From the sequence record OL631484.1: a stretch of 64,000 nt of DNA; one strand, written 5' to 3'. Positions 37,726 through 46,474 of the stretch are shown in pieces. A program made the position numbers and the translations under genes. The notes under the pieces are model-generated. The model saw only the letters and a list, made by a program, of their open reading frames with translations, was not told the DNA's origin and ran no database searches. This DNA is from Escherichia phage ECML-606-1. Within the stretch, counting starts at the first letter, position 1. Each line of letters begins with the position of its first letter.

Positions 37726-38168
37726 CCATCCCGTAGCGCTGATTGGGATGTCTTTCGAAATTGCGTTTTCATTTTCTGTCAATGTCAGTTATGGGACGGA
37801 AGACATCAACCAATGAGCGCTTGGCTTTGACTACTCAATACGGATTTGTCGTTATTTCGCGTATACGGTTGTCAAGTGCTCAGCCATGTTCTAACCCGCG
37901 CAGTATTGCTAAAGCCCAAGTGGGGCCGTCTTCAATACTCGCGGCAGTGAACGGCGAATGGCAAGCTACTGGCCTGACTTTCCTTCTTTCAAAGCAAAGA
38001 TTGAAGTGGGCGGCGTCGGCTCATTGAAACAACGGCGCAATCGGGTGAAAATCCCGTTCAAATTCTACCGATTAGTGACGATGAAAGGGGCCTTCGCGAT
38101 CCCCAAGTAATTGGCAGGTTGCCTTAGGTCACAAGCCGCAGCGGAGATTGCAAGCGAAGCTGTAGGAT

Positions 38169-38196
38169 AGAGGTTCGACTCCTCTGATCGGTGCCA
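38169..38196 (+). other. tRNA-like 3' module (T-arm plus acceptor 3' strand plus CCA) without canonical 5' half
   Basis: AGAGG-TTCGACT-CCTCT T-arm followed by GATCGGT-G-CCA; matching acceptor 5' strand only found about 120 nt upstream. Confidence 0.3.
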
Positions 38197-38338
38197 TTTT
38201 TGCGGTTACACAAGTGTGCAGATAGCATGACGAGGAAAGGCGTTCCGTGCGACGCTGGAGGCGATGGTAGGGTAAGCACCCTCTCCTATGACTCACGACT
38301 CAACCTCTCCGGGTAACGACCGGAGCCGCAAAACAGAT

Positions 38339-38462
38339 TGAAGCGTAGCTCATTGGCAGAGCAGCACACGGATGCGGATCCGCGCCAGCACAAGGCTCCT
38401 TCGGGGTGTGCCGCTGGCTCCAGAAGTGTATGTAACTGGTTCGATCCCAGTCGCTTCAACCA
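38339..38462 (+). other. oversized tRNA-like element (canonical acceptor, D-arm and T-arm but about 124 nt long)
   Basis: 5' TGAAGCG-TA-GCTC-ATTGGCA-GAGC and 3' ACTGG-TTCGATC-CCAGT-CGCTTCA-A-CCA pair as acceptor/D/T arms, but no standard anticodon arm; contains palindrome GCGGATCCGC and a UUCG-like hairpin. Confidence 0.3.
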
Positions 38463-38466
38463 TTTT

Positions 38467-38542
38467 GATTCTGTAGCTACAGCGGTAGAGCGGCGCACTG
38501 TTAATGCGCGGGTCGCTGGTTCGAATCCAGCCAGAATCGCCA
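38467..38542 (+). tRNA. tRNA-Asn (anticodon GTT)
   Basis: 76 nt cloverleaf: acceptor GATTCTG/CAGAATC, D-arm with GG, anticodon stem GCGCA/TGCGC with loop CTGTTAA, T-arm GCTGG-TTCGAAT-CCAGC, discriminator G and encoded CCA; close match to enterobacterial tRNA-Asn. Confidence 0.85.
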
Positions 38543-38707
38543 GAGTAATCATGGGTTGGTTACAAGCCTGTCAGAAGGCAATCCCGCCCCGGCTTCTCCT
38601 CAGGTCGCCGGGGCACCTTCCCAGAATTAAGGGCAGTCCCTTACTTCTGCGTCGGTAAGAGCGGAGAATCAGGAAATTTCGACCGTAGTACCAAAACATT
38701 GCTTCCT

Positions 38708-38733
38708 TGCCGCCCCCGTGGGCGGCTTTTTTT
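38708..38733 (+). terminator. Rho-independent terminator after tRNA island
   Basis: GCCGCCC-ccgt-GGGCGGC hairpin followed by T8. Confidence 0.6.
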
Positions 38734-38751
38734 TAGCCTGAGGAGTAACCC

Positions 38752-39267
38752 ATGAATATCTTTCGCCGCATCCTGAATAAAATCTTTGGCATCCCACCAG
38801 TGCCACCAGAGCCGAAGATCGAGCCGCCAAAGTTCGGCGGTGATTTCCCGCGCCCGGTCTCCGTCACCATGAAGGCTACCCAGACCGTCAAGCAGGATCC
38901 GATGGCTGCGGCGGTCGCCCGTGCAAAAAGGGACGCGGAGAAAACTGCCGTAAAAGGCAACGTCAGCAGCGCGAGCAGCAGCTCAACACAGCGCCCATTT
39001 ATATCCCTGTTAGATCCGACTCATCCGCTCTATCCTTTTAATGGCGTGCGGGATGATGATGCAGCCACTCAGCACCGCGTACAGCATCAGGACGCGACGA
39101 CGATCAGCGATACCACGCACCGACACGTCGCCAGCCATTCTGAGCCAGTGCGTAGCCATAGCTCGCACAGCAGCAGCCATTCAAGCCCAAGCTATGACCA
39201 TAGCCCCAGCCATGACAGCAGCCCATCCTATGACAGCTCACCGTCACACCACGACAGCAGCTGGTAA
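38752..39267 (+). CDS. small protein with His/Ser-rich low-complexity C-terminus
   Basis: RBS GAGGAG; Pro-rich N-terminus, C-terminal SHSSHSSSHSSPSYDHSPSHDSSPSYDSSPSHHDSS repeats. Confidence 0.4.
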   Translation: MNIFRRILNKIFGIPPVPPEPKIEPPKFGGDFPRPVSVTMKATQTVKQDPMAAAVARAKRDAEKTAVKGNVSSASSSSTQRPFISLLDPTHPLYPFNGVRDDDAATQHRVQHQDATTISDTTHRHVASHSEPVRSHSSHSSSHSSPSYDHSPSHDSSPSYDSSPSHHDSSW

Positions 39268-41883
39268 TTAATCGTCACCTTTCGAAATGAAGCCGGAGCA
39301 GCCAATATCCTCCGGCTTCACCTGCATCATGATCTCATGGCAGGATCTGGTCTCCGGGTCGTAGTTCACACAGCGCCCGCAAACATCCCCGCGATACTTC
39401 ACGTTGTTCACCTCATCCATGTAGCTCACCAGCGTCTGATCGACGCCGATATCCAGCGGGCTCAGTCGCTCGATCTTCACCTGCGGGGCATCCGGCAGAA
39501 TAAACGTACTGGTGCCATGGGCGCGACTCCATGCGACATCGCACAGCAGGTTTGCGTAGGAGAAGTGGGGATCGATGCCGATTTTCTTCACGCTGCGCTT
39601 GTACTGGTTCGTTTCCTCGTCCTTCTCAGCCACCAGCGCCGTTTTGGTGAAGTGCGTGAACATTACCGGGGCCACGGCTTCCACGCGCGTGACGCCCTTC
39701 TCACGAATCTCCTGCACCAACCCCTGAGGGTCTGGGATGAGGCAGATTGGCTCGTCGGCAGTGAAGCGGGCCATTGAGACCTGCATACACTTATACTGGT
39801 CAATGCGGACGGTGTAGCGATCCTGTTCGTTCTCGTCGGTGCGCACATCGGACTTGTCCAGCTTCATGCTGTCATTCCACTGGATCATGCCATCCGCCAC
39901 GGTGCCGAAGCTGTTACAGATGAATACCCGGCCTTTGTGACGGTTGGCGAAGCGCTTGGCGTCGTTGTAGTTCGGGTTGATTTCCACCACGCAGCAAGCC
40001 ACGCCGTACTGGTTCATCAGCTCGCTACAGCGGGCAAACGGATCCTCGCTGTAAATCATTTCGATGTGGACAATTGCTTGGTGGCCGGAGGGCAGTCGCT
40101 CCTTGATAACCACCACGTTAAACTGGCCCATCTGGTCAATACCCATGTAGCAGTTATCCGCGCGGGACTTCCACTGCACGCCAAAACGCAGGCCATGCTT
40201 AACGCAATTCGCCAGGTGTTCCAGCGTTACCGGAACCAGCGACGGATCGAGGAACGGCTTGCCCAGCTTACGGTTATAGAAGTTTTTCATATCCGTAGCG
40301 TTGTTGAAGGCGGAAATAATCTCGCCGGGGCTGATTGTCGGTGACAGGAACTGCGGGAAGTGCGCCGACCGGATGCACATTTCCCCTTCCTCATTCTCCG
40401 GCGCATCCGGGATCCATTCCCCGCGCTGCGTGTCCTCAATCCATCCTCCGCAGCTGTAGCAGACATATCGGTGGCGTCTGGTGTCCGGGTCGTACTTAAT
40501 GCACTGCGGGAAATAGTCATCCAGCGGTTTCTTTTCGAGGCAGTGCGGGCATTCGGTATGGAAACGGTACTGGGATCCCAGCTTGTACCAGTGGTGGATA
40601 TCGGAGTCGGGCCAGTTGGCGGTGGAGCCCATCAGGCTGTAACGGATCGGGGATGCAGATAGACGCTCGCGCGTTTTCTCCATCTGCTCCAGTGACATTT
40701 CCTGCACCTCATCGAAGCTCAGGACATCCATCGGGATGGATTCGGTAGTCGCGCGGCCCGATGTCCAGCTGAATACAAACATCGCCTCACCGATGCGACG
40801 GGTACGCACGTTACCCTCACCTTTCTTGCGACCGCCGCCTTTCTCATCGTCCTGCACCATCAGCGCATGTACCTCAGGTACGGTGCGCACAATCGGCATG
40901 AAGCGCTCGGAGGACTTGATCCCCGCCAGCGCGGCATCCGGCAAGAACATGCCGATAGTCATCGGCTGGAAGCGCAGGCCAAGGTAAATAACAGCGAGCA
41001 TTTCCATGACGGTAAAGCCCACCTGCGCACACTTCATCAGCACCAGCGTTTTGCGGTATGCCTCCTCGACGGTGCTGGGGATCTGGTCATAAATCCACGC
41101 CATCGCCGGGCGGTTGTCCAGCTTGAACGGGCGACCATCCACTTTGAGGCCCGTTTCGCCCAGCCGGATGCACCACTCCAGAAAGGTCTCGTTTGGCTTG
41201 AGGATTTTCTGCGAGGCGGTCAGGACAAAGGTCGTATCGAGGAATTCAGCATCGTAGCGCTGGCGCTTCTCATCCCCGGTCGTGTTGTCCATTTTCTCCA
41301 GGAATGCCGCGTCGAGATTATGGCGGTTGGTCTCGGTCGGCACGCGGCGTCGGAACCAGTCAGGATCCAGCTCGGCCTCCATCCACAGGCGATAAAAGTC
41401 GTGATTCTTCCCGTAGGCACCGGACAGGAACCATGCACTGCCGTGGTACTCGCGCAGGCACTCAGCCAGCGTGTCACCCCAGATCTGCATGAAGTTGTAA
41501 ATCTCGCGCACGTCATCAATGATCATCAGGCCATACTGCCCATTAACCTCTTTCAGGCTGTCAGCCGCGTAAAGGTCAATGTACTGGCCCGATAGCAGCG
41601 TGATGCGCCTGCTGGTTGAGCTCTTGATGAGGGGATCGATGGCCTGTACGATCCGCGTGCGAACCTCCATAAGGTCTTTGTACGTAGCGCTCATCCACAT
41701 CGCCGGGGCAGGGTTATTCATGATGCCCTGTTTCCCAGCCACCAGCGCCTCTATGCCAAGCGTTGTTTTTCCTGCCTTCTCGCCCATGGCAATAACGTTA
41801 AAACGCGCCGCACGGTCGATACAGACCTGCAACGCGTCATTGAGAATGGGCAGCTTAATTTTAACGGTCTTTTGGCGTGCCAT
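39268..41883 (-). CDS. terminase large subunit, GpA (lambda A)-like, with about 250-aa N-terminal P-loop extension
   Basis: Internal KCAQVGFT (cf. lambda gpA KSARVGYS), zinc-finger-like FHTECPHC...YVCYSCGG, C-terminal nuclease-like region; additional N-terminal Walker A GEKAGKTT and Walker B-like LMIIDD. Confidence 0.75.
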   Translation of the reverse strand: MARQKTVKIKLPILNDALQVCIDRAARFNVIAMGEKAGKTTLGIEALVAGKQGIMNNPAPAMWMSATYKDLMEVRTRIVQAIDPLIKSSTSRRITLLSGQYIDLYAADSLKEVNGQYGLMIIDDVREIYNFMQIWGDTLAECLREYHGSAWFLSGAYGKNHDFYRLWMEAELDPDWFRRRVPTETNRHNLDAAFLEKMDNTTGDEKRQRYDAEFLDTTFVLTASQKILKPNETFLEWCIRLGETGLKVDGRPFKLDNRPAMAWIYDQIPSTVEEAYRKTLVLMKCAQVGFTVMEMLAVIYLGLRFQPMTIGMFLPDAALAGIKSSERFMPIVRTVPEVHALMVQDDEKGGGRKKGEGNVRTRRIGEAMFVFSWTSGRATTESIPMDVLSFDEVQEMSLEQMEKTRERLSASPIRYSLMGSTANWPDSDIHHWYKLGSQYRFHTECPHCLEKKPLDDYFPQCIKYDPDTRRHRYVCYSCGGWIEDTQRGEWIPDAPENEEGEMCIRSAHFPQFLSPTISPGEIISAFNNATDMKNFYNRKLGKPFLDPSLVPVTLEHLANCVKHGLRFGVQWKSRADNCYMGIDQMGQFNVVVIKERLPSGHQAIVHIEMIYSEDPFARCSELMNQYGVACCVVEINPNYNDAKRFANRHKGRVFICNSFGTVADGMIQWNDSMKLDKSDVRTDENEQDRYTVRIDQYKCMQVSMARFTADEPICLIPDPQGLVQEIREKGVTRVEAVAPVMFTHFTKTALVAEKDEETNQYKRSVKKIGIDPHFSYANLLCDVAWSRAHGTSTFILPDAPQVKIERLSPLDIGVDQTLVSYMDEVNNVKYRGDVCGRCVNYDPETRSCHEIMMQVKPEDIGCSGFISKGDD

Positions 41884-41895
41884 TGTGAATCCTTT

Positions 41896-41918
41896 GGTAA
41901 AAGGGCCCCGAAGGGCCC
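41896..41918 (-). terminator. intrinsic terminator between tail fiber B and terminase
   Basis: GGGCCC-ttcg-GGGCCC hairpin followed on minus strand by UUUUACC. Confidence 0.5.
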
Positions 41919-41928
41919 TGAATGGGGG

Positions 41929-44778
41929 TTATGCTTTGAGTCGGTCTACTTCATCCGCCAGCGTTTTGACGGATTCGATCAGGTCTGCGATGAGCGCGTT
42001 TTGAGACACGTTCAGCACCCCGTTAACCTCATAGGTATAGATCGGGTCAATCTTCTGGAGCTCCTGCGCGATGTAGCCACGGTCATGGCGTCCGTCATGC
42101 TTCCAGTCGAATTCCCGCGCAACAATCTCACGGATGCGAGACAGTGCGCCCGGCTTGGCATCCTCCGCATTATCTTTCAGCGCGATATCGGAGGCATTAA
42201 ACTGAACTGTGCCCAAAGGCCCGGTAATATCACCGTTAGCTTGGAAAGCCCAGTCTTTATTTACCCCTCCTGAGTTTTGCTGGAGGGTGATTTGGTAAGC
42301 GAGAAGATCCGTACTGGCTCCTCGGACAGCGCCAGTCTGAACAAAGCCATTACACCATTGGTAGCTTGTCCATCCCGTCCAACCATTCGGGATGCTGCTC
42401 TTTCTGTTATTGAGCTCGACTCTGTTTTGCTCACCTGCTCGCACCCCACAACCACCACCCGCAGCGGTATGCAGATCATTACAGGTGACGAGCGCGGAGA
42501 TATCCAGCGCGTTTCCTGTCCATGGCTTGATGTTATTCGCCAGCAAATAACGTGGCACCGTCAAGTCACCATTGGTATCAAAGATGAAGTTTTGGAAGGC
42601 CCCGGAAACCTCATTTTTTGCCTGAATGACAGCCATGCCCACGATAGATGATTCAGTGGTGGCATATCTTCCGCTGGCTACCAGCGAGGCCGAAAGTTTA
42701 TCCGCGCCACCGATGGTATAGCGGGAATAGACCATCCCGCCCAGCACGCTCGTATTAGCACCCGGCGCGGTAGCATCACCAGAGATCACGCTGAAATTGG
42801 TGTTCGCTGACTGGAAGGCACCAGAGGCTCGGATGATCCAGATGCCCACAACCGAGTTCGGGCGCACCTCAGTACCACGTCCATACGCGGGGTTAGATCG
42901 GCTAGCATTAAATTTAAACCCGTTATAGGTTCCCGCTACAACTGGACCGGGTTGAATATTGTTAGGGAATGAGTCCCCTTGATAAACGGCGCTTTGAGGG
43001 TCGTTAACCGCCGCGAATGCACCAGCACCTGAGTTGCCGATAAGACCCGTAATATTCGGCGCGGCGTTGTATTTAATCGCGCCTACGCCGCCGATCTCGC
43101 TAGTAAAATGACCACCACCATCACCACGCAGGAAGTTAGCCCCCGGAGTAAATCCATCAGCGTATGCGCCATTAAGATCAGGCACACGGAATTTCCCTGT
43201 ACTTGATTGCTTAACATATGCGCCTCGGTTTTCACCTTTCCGCAGACCGTCAGCGCTACCGCTGTTTTGCCAAAGGGCTTCCGTTACCGTGACAACCCTG
43301 CCAGAATTCACCAAAGCATACAGATCTGCGGTTGCAGGATCTGTTTGGCTGCATTCCTGACCGTCGGCGGGGATATATCCAACGGGTAAGCTGGCACGCG
43401 ATCCGTTCCACCATTCCACCGCGCCAACAAAGTTATTAAGCACGCCATTCATCGTTGGGCCAGAGCCGCCTGAGTTTGCTTTCAGCTGGCGCAGCGTAAC
43501 TGCGTCATAATCTCCTGCTGCGTCGGCATTCAGCGTAAGCGGGCCTTGCAGACCTGTCAGCTGGGTGATGTCACTATTAACACCAGACTGTGCCCCTTTT
43601 CTCCAGTCGGTGAATACGCTGCCATCATAGCTGCGCGAAGCAATACGCCCACTTTTAGCGATGTAAACCTGAGTGACGCCACCAGATGCGCCGAACGGGA
43701 ATACAGTCAGCTGACCGGGCTCATCAAACGGGAAGTTGTTGGCTGCAACAGCACCAGCAGCACTGGTCAGAGATACCACGCCATAATGCGCCGGGAGAAT
43801 GCGGTCATTCAGGTTGATAACCGTTGAAATGCCATCCATCTGGGCGACGGCTTTCACTTCGGATGCCGCAGGCGGGTTATCGCTGGTATACATCCGGCGT
43901 GGTGCGCTCCAGTTGGTCGTCGTGCGCGTGATGCGATAAACCCACGTTGGCGTCGCGCCCTCAGACGCGAAGATGAAGACAGTCGATGTGCGATCCTCGT
44001 TGATGCCCTCACAGTGGATGCGCCACGCTGTAGCACCAGCGCCAGTGATGGTCGCCGGGAAGCCATTGGCAGTAATCGCATCGGCGGCCTTCACGCGCAT
44101 AGTTTCACCTACGCGCCAAACGTGCGAGGTGATCGTGTCTCCGGTGGCAGCGAAGTCGAAGTAAGGCAGTTTGATGCCCATAAGTCCAGCATAACCCGCT
44201 GTGAGCACCGCCCCGTCGCGGGTGATGGTTGGACTGGCGATCTCCTGATCGGTCAGGGAGCGGGCGATATTCAGCGCTACGCCTCCGGTCGGCTGAGCAC
44301 CGCTGCTGTGTGTCCAGTCGATTGTTGCACCGTTACCCGCGATCAGTAGGCCAGTCCATTTGCGCGGTGCAGTGCTCGGTGCGATGTTAAACCAGATCTC
44401 ATAGGTGTCGGCTGCGACCTCCACCAGCTTACCGCCAAGGATGGTCGCTGAATTCGCGCCAAGATTGGTCTGAGCAGTAACGGTGATGCGTGCCGGATCA
44501 CCGACAGTGGTCACAGAGCCGTCGCCTGTCTGCATGACAATGTTGGCGAAGCCAGTACCAGTCACCACCATCAGCGTAATGGCAATTTTGCCCTGCGCGA
44601 GATTGGAGATCTTGCCCATCTTCTGCCAGCTATCTGACGTGATATCCCAGTCAGTGAGCATCACGGCATTTTTATCCAGCATGGTCAGAGCATCGGTCAG
44701 CTTGCCCACATCAATTTTTAACGGGTTGGTCAGGTATGGGACAGGAAGCCCAAGCCGGGGAGTAGTTTTGTCCACCAT
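41929..44778 (-). CDS. tail fiber protein B (mosaic paralog of fiber A) with C-terminal S74-like intramolecular chaperone domain
   Basis: Shares TPRLGL..PY N-terminus, GDYDAVTLRQL...MNGVLNNFVGAVEWWNGSRA block and GIWIIRASG motif with fiber A; C-terminal SDIALKDN...DRLKA chaperone-like end. Confidence 0.7.
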   Translation of the reverse strand: MVDKTTPRLGLPVPYLTNPLKIDVGKLTDALTMLDKNAVMLTDWDITSDSWQKMGKISNLAQGKIAITLMVVTGTGFANIVMQTGDGSVTTVGDPARITVTAQTNLGANSATILGGKLVEVAADTYEIWFNIAPSTAPRKWTGLLIAGNGATIDWTHSSGAQPTGGVALNIARSLTDQEIASPTITRDGAVLTAGYAGLMGIKLPYFDFAATGDTITSHVWRVGETMRVKAADAITANGFPATITGAGATAWRIHCEGINEDRTSTVFIFASEGATPTWVYRITRTTTNWSAPRRMYTSDNPPAASEVKAVAQMDGISTVINLNDRILPAHYGVVSLTSAAGAVAANNFPFDEPGQLTVFPFGASGGVTQVYIAKSGRIASRSYDGSVFTDWRKGAQSGVNSDITQLTGLQGPLTLNADAAGDYDAVTLRQLKANSGGSGPTMNGVLNNFVGAVEWWNGSRASLPVGYIPADGQECSQTDPATADLYALVNSGRVVTVTEALWQNSGSADGLRKGENRGAYVKQSSTGKFRVPDLNGAYADGFTPGANFLRGDGGGHFTSEIGGVGAIKYNAAPNITGLIGNSGAGAFAAVNDPQSAVYQGDSFPNNIQPGPVVAGTYNGFKFNASRSNPAYGRGTEVRPNSVVGIWIIRASGAFQSANTNFSVISGDATAPGANTSVLGGMVYSRYTIGGADKLSASLVASGRYATTESSIVGMAVIQAKNEVSGAFQNFIFDTNGDLTVPRYLLANNIKPWTGNALDISALVTCNDLHTAAGGGCGVRAGEQNRVELNNRKSSIPNGWTGWTSYQWCNGFVQTGAVRGASTDLLAYQITLQQNSGGVNKDWAFQANGDITGPLGTVQFNASDIALKDNAEDAKPGALSRIREIVAREFDWKHDGRHDRGYIAQELQKIDPIYTYEVNGVLNVSQNALIADLIESVKTLADEVDRLKA

Positions 44779-44834
44779 TTCCGGGATCTCTCTTGTTCAG
44801 GAATAGCGGATATTCTGGAATCACTACGGGGAAA

Positions 44835-44858
44835 TAAAAAGCCCGGACAGTACCGGGC
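44835..44858 (-). terminator. intrinsic terminator upstream of tail fiber B
   Basis: GCCCGG-tactgt-CCGGGC hairpin followed on minus strand by U-run. Confidence 0.5.
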
Positions 44859-44866
44859 TGGAAGGT

Positions 44867-45121
44867 TTACCACTTGAATTGTCGCTGATCGTCCTCGCAA
44901 AACTCGAACAGCTTATGCACGCCCCAGTAAACAGCCCCGGCGGCGACGACCACCATCACAAGGCCCATCAGCATGGATCCGAATCCCAGAGCCGCGAGGC
45001 CAGAAGTGATGCCTGCTGCACTCAATCCTGAAACCTTCCCCAGAAGGCTGATCAGCAGGATAGGCGTTCCTGCCGCTGCTGCACCTGCTGTGACTTGTTT
45101 TGCCACTGTGTACCCGTTCAT
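44867..45121 (-). CDS. small membrane protein (two TM helices)
   Basis: 84 aa, Gly/Ala-rich hydrophobic helices (LISLLGKVSGLSAAGITSGLAALGFGSMLMGLVMVVVAAGAVYW). Confidence 0.4.
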   Translation of the reverse strand: MNGYTVAKQVTAGAAAAGTPILLISLLGKVSGLSAAGITSGLAALGFGSMLMGLVMVVVAAGAVYWGVHKLFEFCEDDQRQFKW

Positions 45122-45549
45122 TACCGCCCCTTTTTATGTGTCGCTGAGCGGTGCTGTCCGCTGTAGCGATGGTTTCCGTATGCCTGCTCGTCACGCCAGT
45201 TAATCTGCTGCTGACGCTTACCGGAATAAGCGGAGTAAGGCGGTTTTGGCTGGAGTTTAGCCATTACATGCCAAACGTCATAGCAGGCATCATGGAAACG
45301 GCGATCCGTTGTCGAGTCCTTGAAATTGCTGTACATCATTTCCGCGACGTACTGCGCCAGCATGGATTGCAGCTCCTCGCGGTTGACGAACACTCGGAAC
45401 TGGTAATCGCGGTGATCGTGCGTGACCACTTCTTTGGTCGGGAAGTATTTGTTCAGATGCTCTTTACGGCGAGCACGTACTTGGATCACTTCCGGGTCTT
45501 GTTTGTCTACGACAGCAGACAGGAAGCCATCAGATAAAATCAGCCACAT
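45121..45549 (-). CDS. hypothetical protein
   Basis: 142-aa ORF, start overlaps preceding gene (ATGA). Confidence 0.3.
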   Translation of the reverse strand: MWLILSDGFLSAVVDKQDPEVIQVRARRKEHLNKYFPTKEVVTHDHRDYQFRVFVNREELQSMLAQYVAEMMYSNFKDSTTDRRFHDACYDVWHVMAKLQPKPPYSAYSGKRQQQINWRDEQAYGNHRYSGQHRSATHKKGR

Positions 45550-45610
45550 GGCGTATTCCTCAGGTTGGATTGGTTAACGGCTGAGATAATACGTCATGCG
45601 TGCCGTATGG

Positions 45611-46474
45611 TCAATCTTTTTTCTTACCTAAATACGCGTCAAGCACCATTTGGTCGGGCTTCATGTTCATTAGCTCGCGCAGCTTGTTTTTTGGTACCAG
45701 CTGGACGGCCTGCGTTTCCCAGCCCATCGCTACCGGGGAACCACCGACGCGCTTCGCCAGATACATGCGAGAAACAGACGTGGTGCGCTCAAAGTCACCC
45801 AGCACGCCAGTGATCTCGATCTGTAGCCCGGACTCCTCCCATGTCTCTTTGATGGCGTTCTGCTGGAGCGTGAGCCCCGGCTCAGTGCCACCCTTCGGGA
45901 AAGTGTTCTGGTAGCCGCCGAAAGCGTTGGTCGGGCTGATAATCCACACGCGACCGTCAGGCTCCTCAATGATGACGCCGGACGCTGGACGCTTCCCGGC
46001 TGGTACCATTAACGGCTGCTCGGTCATCTGTTTGGTGCCCTTCACAAAGGCCCAGCCCGCGTCGGTTTTCGGTGCGCCAGTCCACGGCGCGACCGGGACG
46101 CCATTCAGCTCCTGCGGTGCTGCACCATTAGGCGTGAAGGTGGCCACCTCGTTGCTCGCGGCCCACGTTGGCGCTTCGGTCGGTTTGCTCGGATGGTTAA
46201 CCACGACGCGGTTGCCCTTCTCACCCAGTCGCGGATGGTGGACAATCTTCGTCGGTAGTCCTTTGCTGGCGGTAGTCCTGTGCGTGCCATACGGCGTCGT
46301 GGGCAGCGCTGGCTTGCGGTAATAGGCTTTCTTGGCCTGAGGCTTCGCAGGCGCTTTGGGGGCCGCAGGCGCATCAGGTTTGGCTGCTGCCTTCCCGTTG
46401 TCGTGCGGCTTCACCCATACGCCATCGCTCCGGCGATAGCCCTTCACCTGCGCTTTCAGGAAAAGTTTAGTCAT
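45611..46474 (-). CDS. Nudix hydrolase with basic Pro/Ala/Lys-rich N-terminal extension
   Basis: Nudix box GGTEPGLTLQQNAIKETWEESGL (G-x5-E-x7-REUxEExGU pattern); start placed at ATG 46474 with RBS GGAAGG rather than track start 46588. Confidence 0.7.
   Translation of the reverse strand: MTKLFLKAQVKGYRRSDGVWVKPHDNGKAAAKPDAPAAPKAPAKPQAKKAYYRKPALPTTPYGTHRTTASKGLPTKIVHHPRLGEKGNRVVVNHPSKPTEAPTWAASNEVATFTPNGAAPQELNGVPVAPWTGAPKTDAGWAFVKGTKQMTEQPLMVPAGKRPASGVIIEEPDGRVWIISPTNAFGGYQNTFPKGGTEPGLTLQQNAIKETWEESGLQIEITGVLGDFERTTSVSRMYLAKRVGGSPVAMGWETQAVQLVPKNKLRELMNMKPDQMVLDAYLGKKKD

Noticed and set aside
37743-38027. 94-aa ORF (TTG start) in the leader of the tRNA island
   Set aside because: No Shine-Dalgarno sequence, non-ATG start, lies in a region better explained as promoter/leader RNA with a long stem-loop (about 37896-37944)
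38286-38658. ORFs on both strands (88 and 106 aa) overlapping the tRNA-like elements and tRNA-Asn
   Set aside because: They overlap a confidently folded tRNA and tRNA-like structures; coding is implausible
39268-41883. Possibility that the 871-aa terminase ORF is two genes merged by a sequencing frameshift
   Set aside because: The frame is continuous with no internal stop and the GpA-like motifs follow in order; cannot be excluded without reads, so kept as a single CDS and flagged as a finding
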